Assembly: GCA_031316235.1 (NCBI GenBank)
Contig: JALDRA010000001.1
Coordinates: forward strand, 330,001-362,000
From: Candidatus Scalindua sp.
GTDB lineage: Bacteria; Planctomycetota; Brocadiia; Brocadiales; Scalinduaceae
Length of the DNA stretch: 32,000 nt
Reading direction: 5' to 3'
How positions within the stretch are numbered: position 1 is the stretch's first letter; each line of letters begins with the position of its first letter. The position numbers were made by a program, and so were the translations under genes. A model generated the notes under the pieces. The model searched no databases, was not told the origin of the DNA, and saw only the letters and a list, made by a program, of their open reading frames with translations. Positions 8,143 to 16,005 of this stretch are shown here, piece after piece.

Positions 8143-8628
8143 TCACTTAATACTTCCGGTAAACACATAATCATTGCCTTTCGTTCCCTCATGACATTTG
8201 ATGCAGAGTTCAACTTTTCCTTCCAGCGGGGCCTCGCCGTCTGGTTTATATTTAACCCAGTACCAGTCATTTCCCGAAGGGTTGAATCCTTTCTCTTTAT
8301 ACATTACCGTTAACAAGTTCAACTTCTTGTCATCGGTATACATTTCCTTGATTAAGAGAGATCCATGGGGAAACACTCCTTTTTTGTTAACAACAGTATC
8401 AAGTGCGAGATTATTTAGATACAGCTTCTGGATATTTGCGGCGGGCATTAAGCTTTTATAAAACCCCTCTTTATCCGGCCAGTAAGAATAGTGTTGATAT
8501 GGTTTTTCCGTTGTCATATATTCCCACAGCCTCTGTGCATTCATCCTGTTATTCGTTTCCATGGATTCCGCAATTCGATGCTGTACGGAAGAAAACAGAC
8601 AAAAACTACTGAAATATGAAACAACCAT
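8143..8628 (-). CDS. Cytochrome P460-family-like monohaem protein
   Basis: A single CIKCH haem motif lies near the C-terminus and is followed by NDYVFTG. The upstream segments FPHGSLLIKEMY and GNDWYWVKYKPDG parallel P460 / cytochrome c'-beta. The N-terminus is anomalous (see findings). Confidence 0.6.
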   Translation of the reverse strand: MVVSYFSSFCLFSSVQHRIAESMETNNRMNAQRLWEYMTTEKPYQHYSYWPDKEGFYKSLMPAANIQKLYLNNLALDTVVNKKGVFPHGSLLIKEMYTDDKKLNLLTVMYKEKGFNPSGNDWYWVKYKPDGEAPLEGKVELCIKCHEGTKGNDYVFTGSIK

Positions 8629-8733
8629 TTCATCAGTATTTCACTATTTTCACATCGATTCCTTATTATCATACTGTCCCCTCATCTGAGCAGTTAAAAA
8701 TTCATCAAAAATTTTTCAACTTACGTAAAAGGT

Positions 8734-8900
8734 CAGTAGTGTCCGGTTAGGTTTTTGCGTATTTAATTTATTGTTCAAAAGATGTCATTCCCGCATGTTT
8801 TTAGCGGGAATCCAGGATGAATGAGACTCTCTGTATACCCGATAAAAGCACTCGGGTATGACAAAAGCCGCACGTGCAAAAACCTAACCGGATGACGCTA
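8734..8900 (+). mobile_element. Family B MITE, copy B1 (diverged right terminus), flanked by 9-bp duplication GTAAAAGGT
   Basis: The left TIR is CAGTAGTGTCCGGTTAGGTTTTTGC. The right end is GCAAAAACCTAACCGGATGACGCTA. Direct repeats of GTAAAAGGT lie at 8725-8733 and 8901-8909. Confidence 0.85.
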
Positions 8901-9065
8901 GTAAAAGGTAATAATTGATATAAACTTCTGTAAGAAATTCTGCCACCCGGGAAGTTCTCTTAACTGTCCAGACCGTCTGAATGACAAAGCCTGAAGGCTG
9001 GGTATGTACCGGCATGGACTGAAAAAAACAGGCTCTGCAGGCCCGGGACAAAAGTAATATATATA

Positions 9066-9698
9066 CTAATCCTTTGGAGCTCCTGAATTTATCCATCCAT
9101 TTATAAGAGCGAGCTCTTCCGGGAGAAATCCAGGAGGATTTTCATAGAGTGGCATAGACTCAATTTTCACAGAACTTAATAATTGACTACCATCAAGATC
9201 CATTGGAACAACATACTTCATCACTTCCTCATATGTTGTCAGATTAACACCTGCCAAAGCTTCTGGCGGTCTGTGGCAATCAATACAAGCGTATTTTTTA
9301 AAGATTCTTCTTATTTTTTTGAATTGCTTAATTGAGGCGCCGGAATTAATCCAATCTTCAATGAGCGTCAAGTCTTCTGGGAAAAGTGAAAGTGGAGTGC
9401 TGGACTCTCTAAAAAGTAACGTAGGCATCATTTTTATTTCAACCGCATGAACTAATAGACTCTGGTTAGCATGACCGGGTTTCAAGACTTTAACTATCCC
9501 TTCATAATTAGAAAGATCTACATTGCCTTCCTTTCGATTAGTATTATGGCATTCAAGGCACGTATGTTCCTCCAAAGTTCTTAAAACATCGCTGTAAACA
9601 ACTTTTTTCTGCTCTTGAGCCTTAATATCGACAGAAACAAACATTACTATTTGAGCAATACAAATAAAACAGAAGATAAACCCTAAATGTTGTCGCAT
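9066..9698 (-). CDS. Dihaem c-type cytochrome with two Planctomycete-cytochrome-C-like (PSCyt1-type) modules
   Basis: A signal peptide is present. There are two CxxCH motifs (CLECH, CIDCH). Each is followed by ...G.V.L..YE...K...PG....S.L........MP......L...E...I..WINSGA. Confidence 0.75.
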   Translation of the reverse strand: MRQHLGFIFCFICIAQIVMFVSVDIKAQEQKKVVYSDVLRTLEEHTCLECHNTNRKEGNVDLSNYEGIVKVLKPGHANQSLLVHAVEIKMMPTLLFRESSTPLSLFPEDLTLIEDWINSGASIKQFKKIRRIFKKYACIDCHRPPEALAGVNLTTYEEVMKYVVPMDLDGSQLLSSVKIESMPLYENPPGFLPEELALINGWINSGAPKD

Positions 9699-9986
9699 TT
9701 TTCTCCCTGTGAAAAAGTTATAAATTTAAGAAAAATTATTCCTACGGTTGGATACTTATTTATATTTTGACTCATTGGAGAATCTGTCATTCCTTTAAAA
9801 TGTGCGTAATGCTTAAGTCAATCCATATTTAACCCCTATATAACTCCCTGAATCTCTTTAGGCCAGATATTGAAGTCTCTATCCTGAGAGAATTATGAGG
9901 CCTGTTTATCCTTTTTATTAAGCTACCTATATCTGAATTTTGCCAGAGAGAATTTTATCAGCTTTCCCTGTGGTTTCATATTTAGT

Positions 9987-10152
9987 CAGTAGTGTCCGGT
10001 TAGGTTTTTGCGTATTTAATTTATTGCCCTAAAACTGTCATTCCCGCATGTTTTTAGCGGGAATCTATGATGAAACGAGTCTCTGGATACCCGATAAAGA
10101 CTCTCGGGTATGACAAATGCCGCCTACGCAAAAACCTAACCGGACACTGTTG
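9987..10152 (+). mobile_element. Family B MITE, copy B2, flanked by 9-bp duplication ATATTTAGT
   Basis: The 28-bp TIRs are CAGTAGTGTCCGGTTAGGTTTTTGCGTA and TACGCAAAAACCTAACCGGACACTGTTG. Direct repeats of ATATTTAGT lie at 9978-9986 and 10153-10161. Confidence 0.9.
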
Positions 10153-10189
10153 ATATTTAGTAATGTATTTTTCCCATTTATTTTACCTC

Positions 10190-10217
10190 TTGACATTCAA
10201 AGATTCGAGATAATAAT
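10190..10217 (+). promoter_or_regulatory. Sigma-70-like promoter candidate (TTGACA-15/16 nt-TAATAAT)
   Basis: TTGACA lies at 10190-10195 and the AT-rich -10 TAATAAT at 10211-10217, about 50 nt upstream of the ATG at 10268. Confidence 0.4.
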
Positions 10218-10267
10218 GTATTTTATCAATATTTTATATTTAGTATTTTAAACTTCAGGAGGTGGCT

Positions 10268-10603
10268 ATGGTTAAGAAGCATATTTTAACCATGAGTATT
10301 TTACTTATCATTGCTTTTGTCAGCGTGCCTATAGGCCTGTCAAGAGAGACAGTACTGGCACACGGACACGGCCATTCAGGATGTAGGTATGACGGTTGCC
10401 GGGAGTGCGGACATTATGCATGTCCGGGTGATTGCGGGAAATGTGAAGAGTGTCTTGCCAGGCAAAAGGCTGCAAAGGAAGCGGCTGAGAAGTGTGAGAA
10501 ATGTGGACATGTAGATTGTCACGGTGATTGCGATAAATGTGTTGACTGCTTAAATGAGAGGATAAAAAAGCTGGAAAAGGAATTACAAAAGAAAAAAGAT
10601 TAG
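10268..10603 (+). CDS. Secreted Cys/His-rich protein with duplicated C-x2-C-G-H-x2-C-x-G-D-C-x-K-C-x2-C-L motif
   Basis: AGGAGG lies 5 nt upstream of the ATG at 10268 (the track GTG at 10262 overlaps the RBS). A signal peptide is present. HGHGHSG is followed by CRECGHYACPGDCGKCEECL and CEKCGHVDCHGDCDKCVDCL. The tail is Lys/Glu-rich. Confidence 0.65.
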   Translation: MVKKHILTMSILLIIAFVSVPIGLSRETVLAHGHGHSGCRYDGCRECGHYACPGDCGKCEECLARQKAAKEAAEKCEKCGHVDCHGDCDKCVDCLNERIKKLEKELQKKKD

Positions 10604-10624
10604 TTTAACAGAGGTGGATAAAAT

Positions 10625-12016
10625 ATGTATTTTAAACAAATTAAGGTGCCGGGAATAGGATGCCTCTCATATGTAGTAGGATGCCCTTCAGAAAAAGTGG
10701 CAGCAGTCATTGATCCGAAAAGGGACATACAGGACTATCTTGATATTGCCAAGAGCGAGGGAATGAAGATAACGCATGTTATTGAAACACACATTCATGC
10801 TGACCATGTGAGTGGAAACCAGGAACTCCGTAAGAGCACAGGAGCTGATATCTATTTACACGAAGCAGCATCGGTTGCCTTCGATCACAAGACATTAAGG
10901 GAAGGAGATATTATAGACCTGGGAACTGCAAAACTTGGAGTAATCTATACTCCCGGTCACACCCCGAATTCTCTATCGCTTTTGGTAACTGACAAAAGCC
11001 GCTCTGAAGATCCCTGGCTCTTACTCAGCGGTGATCTTGTTTTTGTGGGAGATATCGGGAGACCTGACCTGGCAGGTGAGGAACTTTTAGAAAAGCAGGT
11101 AGAGGATCTACATAAGAGTATTTACCAAAAACTGGGCAAACTTCCCGGAAGTTTAGAGGTTTTTCCCGCCCATGGACAGGGCTCACTGTGCGGCAAGGGG
11201 ATGAGTTCGAAAACCAGTTCAACATTGGGTTTCGAACGCGATACGAATCCATTACTGAATATTGAATCATTTGATGAGTTTAAGAAATTCTTTATGCAGA
11301 CATACCCTGCGCGTCCTAAAAGTTTTTCAAGTATTATAGCGATGAATACGAAGGGAGTCCCGCTTCTGGAAAGTTCTTCCAGAGATCGTAGTCTGTCCCC
11401 ACTACAATTTCAACAGGCAATGAATGAAAGTGCAGTCGTTATCGATACACGGGATGCCGCTGCCTACGGCGGTGTTCATATTCCCGGTACTATTAATATT
11501 GGTGTTGACAACCAGATGGCCAACTGGATCAGTATGGCCGTAGAACCGGAATCGAATATCCTTCTCGTAGTTGCTGACGAGGCGCAGTATCGTGAAATGT
11601 GCATCATACTCTACAGGATCGGTTACGATAACATTATTGGCTATCTGCAGGGTGGTTTGCCTGCGTGGCAGGAGGAGGGATTCAAGATAACCAGTTTACC
11701 CCAGATGTCGGTCCATGATCTAAAGAACAAACTTGACAGGAATGAGGTTCAACAGGTAGTAGATGTGAGGACAGAAGCAGAGTGGAACTCCGGACATATA
11801 GCAGGTGCGGAACATCTGGTACTAACAGAAATACTTCTCAAAGGTGTATCATTACAGAAAAATGATGAAATAGTTGTAACCTGCCGAGTAGGTTACCGGG
11901 GTAATATAGCTGCCAGTTATCTGGAGCAACAAGGTTTTAACAAAATTTATAACCTTGCTGGAGGTATGAAGGCGTGGGCTAATGCAGGCTTTTCAGTGCA
12001 AAATGAGCATAATTGA
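10625..12016 (+). CDS. CstB-like persulfide dioxygenase (MBL fold) fused to a pseudo-rhodanese and a catalytic rhodanese domain
   Basis: The MBL motif is HIHADHVSG, with TPGHTP and GDLVFVGDIGRPD. The middle rhodanese-like domain lacks a catalytic Cys (LLVVADEAQ). The C-terminal rhodanese has the active loop TCRVGYRG. Confidence 0.75.
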   Translation: MYFKQIKVPGIGCLSYVVGCPSEKVAAVIDPKRDIQDYLDIAKSEGMKITHVIETHIHADHVSGNQELRKSTGADIYLHEAASVAFDHKTLREGDIIDLGTAKLGVIYTPGHTPNSLSLLVTDKSRSEDPWLLLSGDLVFVGDIGRPDLAGEELLEKQVEDLHKSIYQKLGKLPGSLEVFPAHGQGSLCGKGMSSKTSSTLGFERDTNPLLNIESFDEFKKFFMQTYPARPKSFSSIIAMNTKGVPLLESSSRDRSLSPLQFQQAMNESAVVIDTRDAAAYGGVHIPGTINIGVDNQMANWISMAVEPESNILLVVADEAQYREMCIILYRIGYDNIIGYLQGGLPAWQEEGFKITSLPQMSVHDLKNKLDRNEVQQVVDVRTEAEWNSGHIAGAEHLVLTEILLKGVSLQKNDEIVVTCRVGYRGNIAASYLEQQGFNKIYNLAGGMKAWANAGFSVQNEHN

Positions 12017-12274
12017 GCTGGACGTAAGAGAAAAATTACAAGAGACATGGAGATAAAAAAGTAAAGAAATACCAGCGGAGGATCTATTCAAATTCCTGGA
12101 CTATTTAATTGAGCTGAGAGAAAAACACCCGGGCTTGTTTTATGAACTCCCGGCTGATTATGAGAAACGGCTACAGACCCACAAAATAATGTACGAACGA
12201 AGAAATAACTGAGGAGAAATTCCGTTGGAAGCCGAAAGACCACATTTCATTTCAGACATGATCAATATAGTCAA

Positions 12275-13303
12275 TCAGGTAATTACCAGGACCTTTGCTC
12301 CCCTGATCTTCTTCTCCTTAAGTTCGGACAAAGCCACGTTTGCCTCTTCCAGCGAAAACTCCTGAACTTCCGGCTTGATTGAAATTTTCGCTGCAAGTTC
12401 CAAAAATCCTCTAATATCCCCCCGACTCACATTGGCCACAGATTTTATCTCCTTTTCCATCCATAAATGGGCGGGATAATCTAATTCCAATAGGGACTCT
12501 TTGTCTCTCTCCTCCTTCCGAATAGCATTGATAACAAGCCTACCACCTGATTCGAGATTCTTCAGGGCTTGAATAATGGGCCTCCACACTGGTGTAGTGT
12601 CAATTATACAATCCAGCTTTTCCGGAGAATCCTCTTCAGTTGCACCTGTCCATTCTGCACCTAATTCCATTGCAAACGCTCTCTCTCTTTCACTTCTTGC
12701 AGATACATACACTTTTGAGTTCGGAAACCGATATCTGACCATCTGCAATACCAGGTGTGCAGAAGCCCCAAATCCGGTAAGCCCCAGATTCTGCCCATCT
12801 TTGAGACCGGTTAACCTGAGTGATCGGTATCCGATCGCACCAGCACACAGGAGAGGCGCTGCTTCTGAATCAGAAAAGAGATCAGGAATGTGGAATGCGG
12901 AACGTTCAGGGACAGTCATGTATTGAGCATATCCTCCATTTACATCTCTCCCGGTAGCTTGAATCTTCTGACAAAGATTCTCATTCCCTTCAAGGCAAAA
13001 CCTGCACCTTTCACATGAGGAATAAAACCAGCCGACTCCAACTCTCTCTCCATTCTTAAAATTACTCACCTTTCTACCGGTTTGCGCTATCGTACCAACA
13101 ACCTGATGCCCCAGTATCACGGGCAATCCCGGCGGTGATATCCTCCCCTCAATTTCATCTAATTCGGTATGGCAAACCCCGCATGCTGATACTCTGATCA
13201 GAATCTCATTCTCTAACGGTACGGGTTCCGGCAGGATCACCAGCTCAAGCGGATCCTTATTCTCCGAGAAACTTCCAGTCTTTTTTAGTATCATTGCTTT
13301 CAT
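12275..13303 (-). CDS. Zinc-dependent alcohol dehydrogenase (MDR family)
   Basis: The catalytic-zinc region is GVCHTELDEIEG. The structural-zinc Cys cluster is CERCRFCLEGNENLC. The Rossmann motif is GLTGFGASAH. Confidence 0.85.
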   Translation of the reverse strand: MKAMILKKTGSFSENKDPLELVILPEPVPLENEILIRVSACGVCHTELDEIEGRISPPGLPVILGHQVVGTIAQTGRKVSNFKNGERVGVGWFYSSCERCRFCLEGNENLCQKIQATGRDVNGGYAQYMTVPERSAFHIPDLFSDSEAAPLLCAGAIGYRSLRLTGLKDGQNLGLTGFGASAHLVLQMVRYRFPNSKVYVSARSERERAFAMELGAEWTGATEEDSPEKLDCIIDTTPVWRPIIQALKNLESGGRLVINAIRKEERDKESLLELDYPAHLWMEKEIKSVANVSRGDIRGFLELAAKISIKPEVQEFSLEEANVALSELKEKKIRGAKVLVIT

Positions 13304-13361
13304 GCTTATTTCACCTGCGGCAGGTTATTTATTGTGAAAAATATCCGTTTGATAATGAGTG

Positions 13362-13391
13362 TATATAATCTTCGTTTGAGGTTAAAGTCAA
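13362..13391 (-). promoter_or_regulatory. Sigma-70-like promoter candidate for the alcohol dehydrogenase gene (TTGACT-17/18 nt-TTATAT/TATATA)
   Basis: On the minus strand TTGACT spans 13391-13386 and TTATAT spans 13368-13363. An AGGTGA RBS precedes the ATG at 13303. Confidence 0.4.
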
Positions 13392-13656
13392 GGCAAAAAA
13401 CCCATAATTCGTAAATCGGAAACCCTGCTCCCGCTCGTTCATGTGAGAAACAGGCGAGTCCAGAAAGAGGAAAAACGGGTATGACACGGACCAGATCATC
13501 AACCCACACAGGAATGCTGACATATGCTATTATTCTCTCCGCGTCAAACGGCTAAATTTAAGTTGAAGATTCTTGCGATATCATGTATTCTCAACTTTTA
13601 TTTCATTTTCCTGTTCACGGCGGTAACATAACTTTTACCTGGTATCCAACACTGAT

Positions 13657-14646
13657 ATGACATTTATCATTACGGCAAAAGAGGTTCAATCTGTGCTTTC
13701 ATATAAGCTCTCTTTTGAAACCGTCGAAGCCGCTTTCAAAGCCTTCGGTCAAGGCAAAGCTTACCAGCCTCCAAAGACTTACTTAACATTCAAAAATGGT
13801 GATCTGCGTTCCATGTCTGCTTACATTAATGTTCCCGGCATGAACATTGCCGGAATGAAATCAGTTAACGTCCACCCTCATAATCATGAGAAATTTGGTT
13901 TACCAACCGTCATGGCCACCATTCTCCTGATAGACCCGAAAAATGGATTTAACGTAGCGGTATTGGATGGTACGCATATTACAAATATGCGTACCGGCGC
14001 ATCAGGAGCTGTCGCAACGAAATACCTGTCTCGAAAGGACAGCAAAGTCATGGCCTTGATTGGTGCAGGCGCACAGGCCCGTACTCAATTAGAACATACC
14101 CTGCTCATAAGGAATCTCGAAGTAGTTCGCGTGCACTCACGTCCTGAAAATTCCATGAGTACCTTCTGCCTGGAGATGTCTAAGAAATATCCGCAGGTTC
14201 ATTTCATACCTGAACCTGATGGAAAAAAGGCTTGTCGTGGTGCGGATATCATTACAACCACCACACCTGCAAGAAAACCAATTATCAGGAAATCATGGAT
14301 TGATCCTGGTACGCACATTAACGGGATTGGTGCTGATGCTGCAGGAAAGCAGGAACTGGAAACCACGCTCACAAAATCGTGTACTATTATCATAGACGAA
14401 TGGCAGCAGGCCTCTCACTCGGGAGAGATTAATGTACCAGTTTCTAAGGGGAAGCTGAAGAAGGAGGACATTACCGCTGAACTTGGTGAAATTGTTGCCG
14501 GTAAGAAAATGGGTAGAACGTCAGATGAAGAAATCACCCTGTTTGATTCAACCGGTTTAGCTATCCAGGATATTTCTACTGCATATATTGTATACCAGGC
14601 ATGTATGAAGAGACGAAAAAAACCAAAACAGATTCATATGTTCTGA
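13657..14646 (+). CDS. Ornithine cyclodeaminase / mu-crystallin family protein (archaeal-type alanine dehydrogenase-like)
   Basis: The Rossmann motif is ALIGAGAQARTQLE. The motifs NGIGADAAGKQELE and LFDSTGLAIQD are typical of the OCD/mu-crystallin family. Confidence 0.8.
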   Translation: MTFIITAKEVQSVLSYKLSFETVEAAFKAFGQGKAYQPPKTYLTFKNGDLRSMSAYINVPGMNIAGMKSVNVHPHNHEKFGLPTVMATILLIDPKNGFNVAVLDGTHITNMRTGASGAVATKYLSRKDSKVMALIGAGAQARTQLEHTLLIRNLEVVRVHSRPENSMSTFCLEMSKKYPQVHFIPEPDGKKACRGADIITTTTPARKPIIRKSWIDPGTHINGIGADAAGKQELETTLTKSCTIIIDEWQQASHSGEINVPVSKGKLKKEDITAELGEIVAGKKMGRTSDEEITLFDSTGLAIQDISTAYIVYQACMKRRKKPKQIHMF

Positions 14647-14772
14647 AACTTCATTCCAGCCACCTGTTTTGACTCTCCCTTGTTCCACTCTTGCGATTGC
14701 ATGTTCTTTTGATGCTTTCCCAGGTTATCTGATCACGGGCGCCTTCATCCCGGTTCCCCACCCTTGCAAATG

Positions 14773-14911
14773 TATACTCATCTCATACTGGATTTCGGAT
14801 AAAATCCGGGATAAAATTGAGCGAGTAAAGTCCTCGGCGCTTTTTGTCCGGGGATACCTTCACCAAGATTTGATTTCCGGTAAAACCGAAAACCAAATCG
14901 GTTTCAGTATA
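14773..14911 (+). repeat. Family A repeat, copy A2 (long form)
   Basis: The copy runs from TATACTCATCTCATACTGG to CGGTTTCAGTATA. It contains the ~27-bp module AAGTCCTCGGCGCTTTTTGTCCGGGGA (14828-14854), which is absent from A1 and A4. Confidence 0.9.
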
Positions 14912-15072
14912 TCATTTGCTACCTGTAAATCTTGCACATGCTTTTACATTGTTTTTTGTTCGTAGCACGTTTCTCACCGCCTGAAACACTTTTGACGCCC
15001 CCTCTGACAGAACCTGTACAATCAATCAGTCATTCAGGCAGCGAGGGAGCAATCAGACGTTACGCTTTATGT

Positions 15073-15639
15073 TCACTTTTCTTTCAACTTCTTCCACCAC
15101 TCATTCGGATCAGAGTTTTCAATCAAGGCCATGAGTTTTTTTGCAGAATCACTCTTCATGGTACCATGAGCGTTCCTGATCCAATCTTCAGCATCCTTAC
15201 GCCCCTCTTGTACCTGATACTCCCTTGCCTGAAGGACACACTCCAGGCTGTCCGCATCTTTGGCTACCTTGCTCTCCCTGGTCTCCTGGTTTGAGAATTC
15301 TTTCAGGAGATCTCCAATTTCATCTCTCTGCGGGTTTTTCAAGGATTTGATCTGGTCTTGAGATACCTCCTCCTGGCATTCTTTCACGTTTATATACCTT
15401 TGCGCGACTTTATGCAGATCACTTATCCGTGATTCGTGTACATCATGAAACAGACACATTAAAACTACCTTATGCGTATCAATATTTTCTGCTTGAGCTA
15501 AAAAATATCCTAAAACTGCGCACCGGAATGAATGTTCGGCTACGCTCTCAGGGGCGCGGTTTCCAATTAAACACCACCCGCTTCTTTGAACATTTTTCAA
15601 ATGTCCTACCTCGAAAAGAAATTGTAATAATTCCTCCAT
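15073..15639 (-). CDS. HD-domain phosphohydrolase (YfbR/HDDC2-like 5'-nucleotidase family)
   Basis: The sequence GHLKNVQRSGW...ESVAEHSFRCAVL...LFHDVHESRISD...KDADSLE gives the H...HD...D metal-ligand pattern. Confidence 0.8.
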   Translation of the reverse strand: MEELLQFLFEVGHLKNVQRSGWCLIGNRAPESVAEHSFRCAVLGYFLAQAENIDTHKVVLMCLFHDVHESRISDLHKVAQRYINVKECQEEVSQDQIKSLKNPQRDEIGDLLKEFSNQETRESKVAKDADSLECVLQAREYQVQEGRKDAEDWIRNAHGTMKSDSAKKLMALIENSDPNEWWKKLKEK

Positions 15640-15689
15640 ACACGTAATCTCCTTATAAAGATTCTTCTTTACCTCACTGAACGTGTGTT

Positions 15690-15749
15690 ATAACTTTTTT
15701 TCAATCGAAAATTTCCTGCTTTTTTCAATCGAAAATTATCGATTGAGAG
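15690..15749. repeat. Short repeat C, copy C1 (contains an internal 18-bp direct repeat and a CAATCGA/TCGATTG hairpin)
   Basis: The core TCGAAAATTTCCTGCTTTTT (15705-15724) matches TCGACAATTTCCTGCTTTTT at 29087-29106 in 19 of 20 positions. Downstream ...AATT...GAGAG is also shared. Confidence 0.6.
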
Positions 15750-15866
15750 GTTATTCTAAAAACCAGAGCCTGGTTGCAGGTATCCCCGGACCAGGCGCCG
15801 AGGACGTTATTCGCTCCGTTTTTTCTCGGATTGTATCCGAAAACCATCATAAGATAAGTACAAATA
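15750..15866 (-). repeat. Family A repeat, copy A6 (inverted orientation, long form, right end truncated)
   Basis: The reverse complement reads ...TATCTTATGATGGTTTTCGGATACAATCCGAGAAAAAACGGAGCGAATAACGTCCTCGGCGCCTGGTCCGGGGATACCTGCAACCAGGCTCTGGTTTTTAGAA. This matches A5 and A3. Confidence 0.75.
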
Positions 15867-16005
15867 CTATTTGACAATCTTATTTTTCATTATACACTGA
15901 ACGATTTTATGAAATGTTATATACAGTATGAAATATCTCGATCTCTCTAACCTGTAGAGTGATCAGTTTTTTACAATTCTGGATTACTTTTTAAGGAACT
16001 ACACC

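Noticed and set aside
12003-12212. Frame reading MSIIELDVREKLQETWR-stop-KSKEIPAEDLFKFLDYLIELREKHPGLFYELPADYEKRLQTHKIMYERRNN, i.e. a 69-codon frame with one in-frame TAA at 12054
   Set aside because: I recognise no protein family. The start overlaps the end of the CstB-like gene. A single-stop frame of this length is not unusual in AT-rich spacer. It is recorded only as a possible decayed small gene.
12576-12926. 116-aa plus-strand ORF
   Set aside because: It is antisense to the alcohol dehydrogenase gene.
13306-13523. Two overlapping minus-strand ORFs (64 and 67 aa) upstream of the alcohol dehydrogenase gene
   Set aside because: They cover the promoter/leader region, overlap each other in different frames, and have no RBS or motif.
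14669-15294. ORFs 14669-14965 and 14932-15294
   Set aside because: The first is translated through repeat A2. The second is antisense to the HD-domain gene.
15683-15874. 63-aa ORF
   Set aside because: It is composed entirely of repeat C1 plus the inverted A6 copy.
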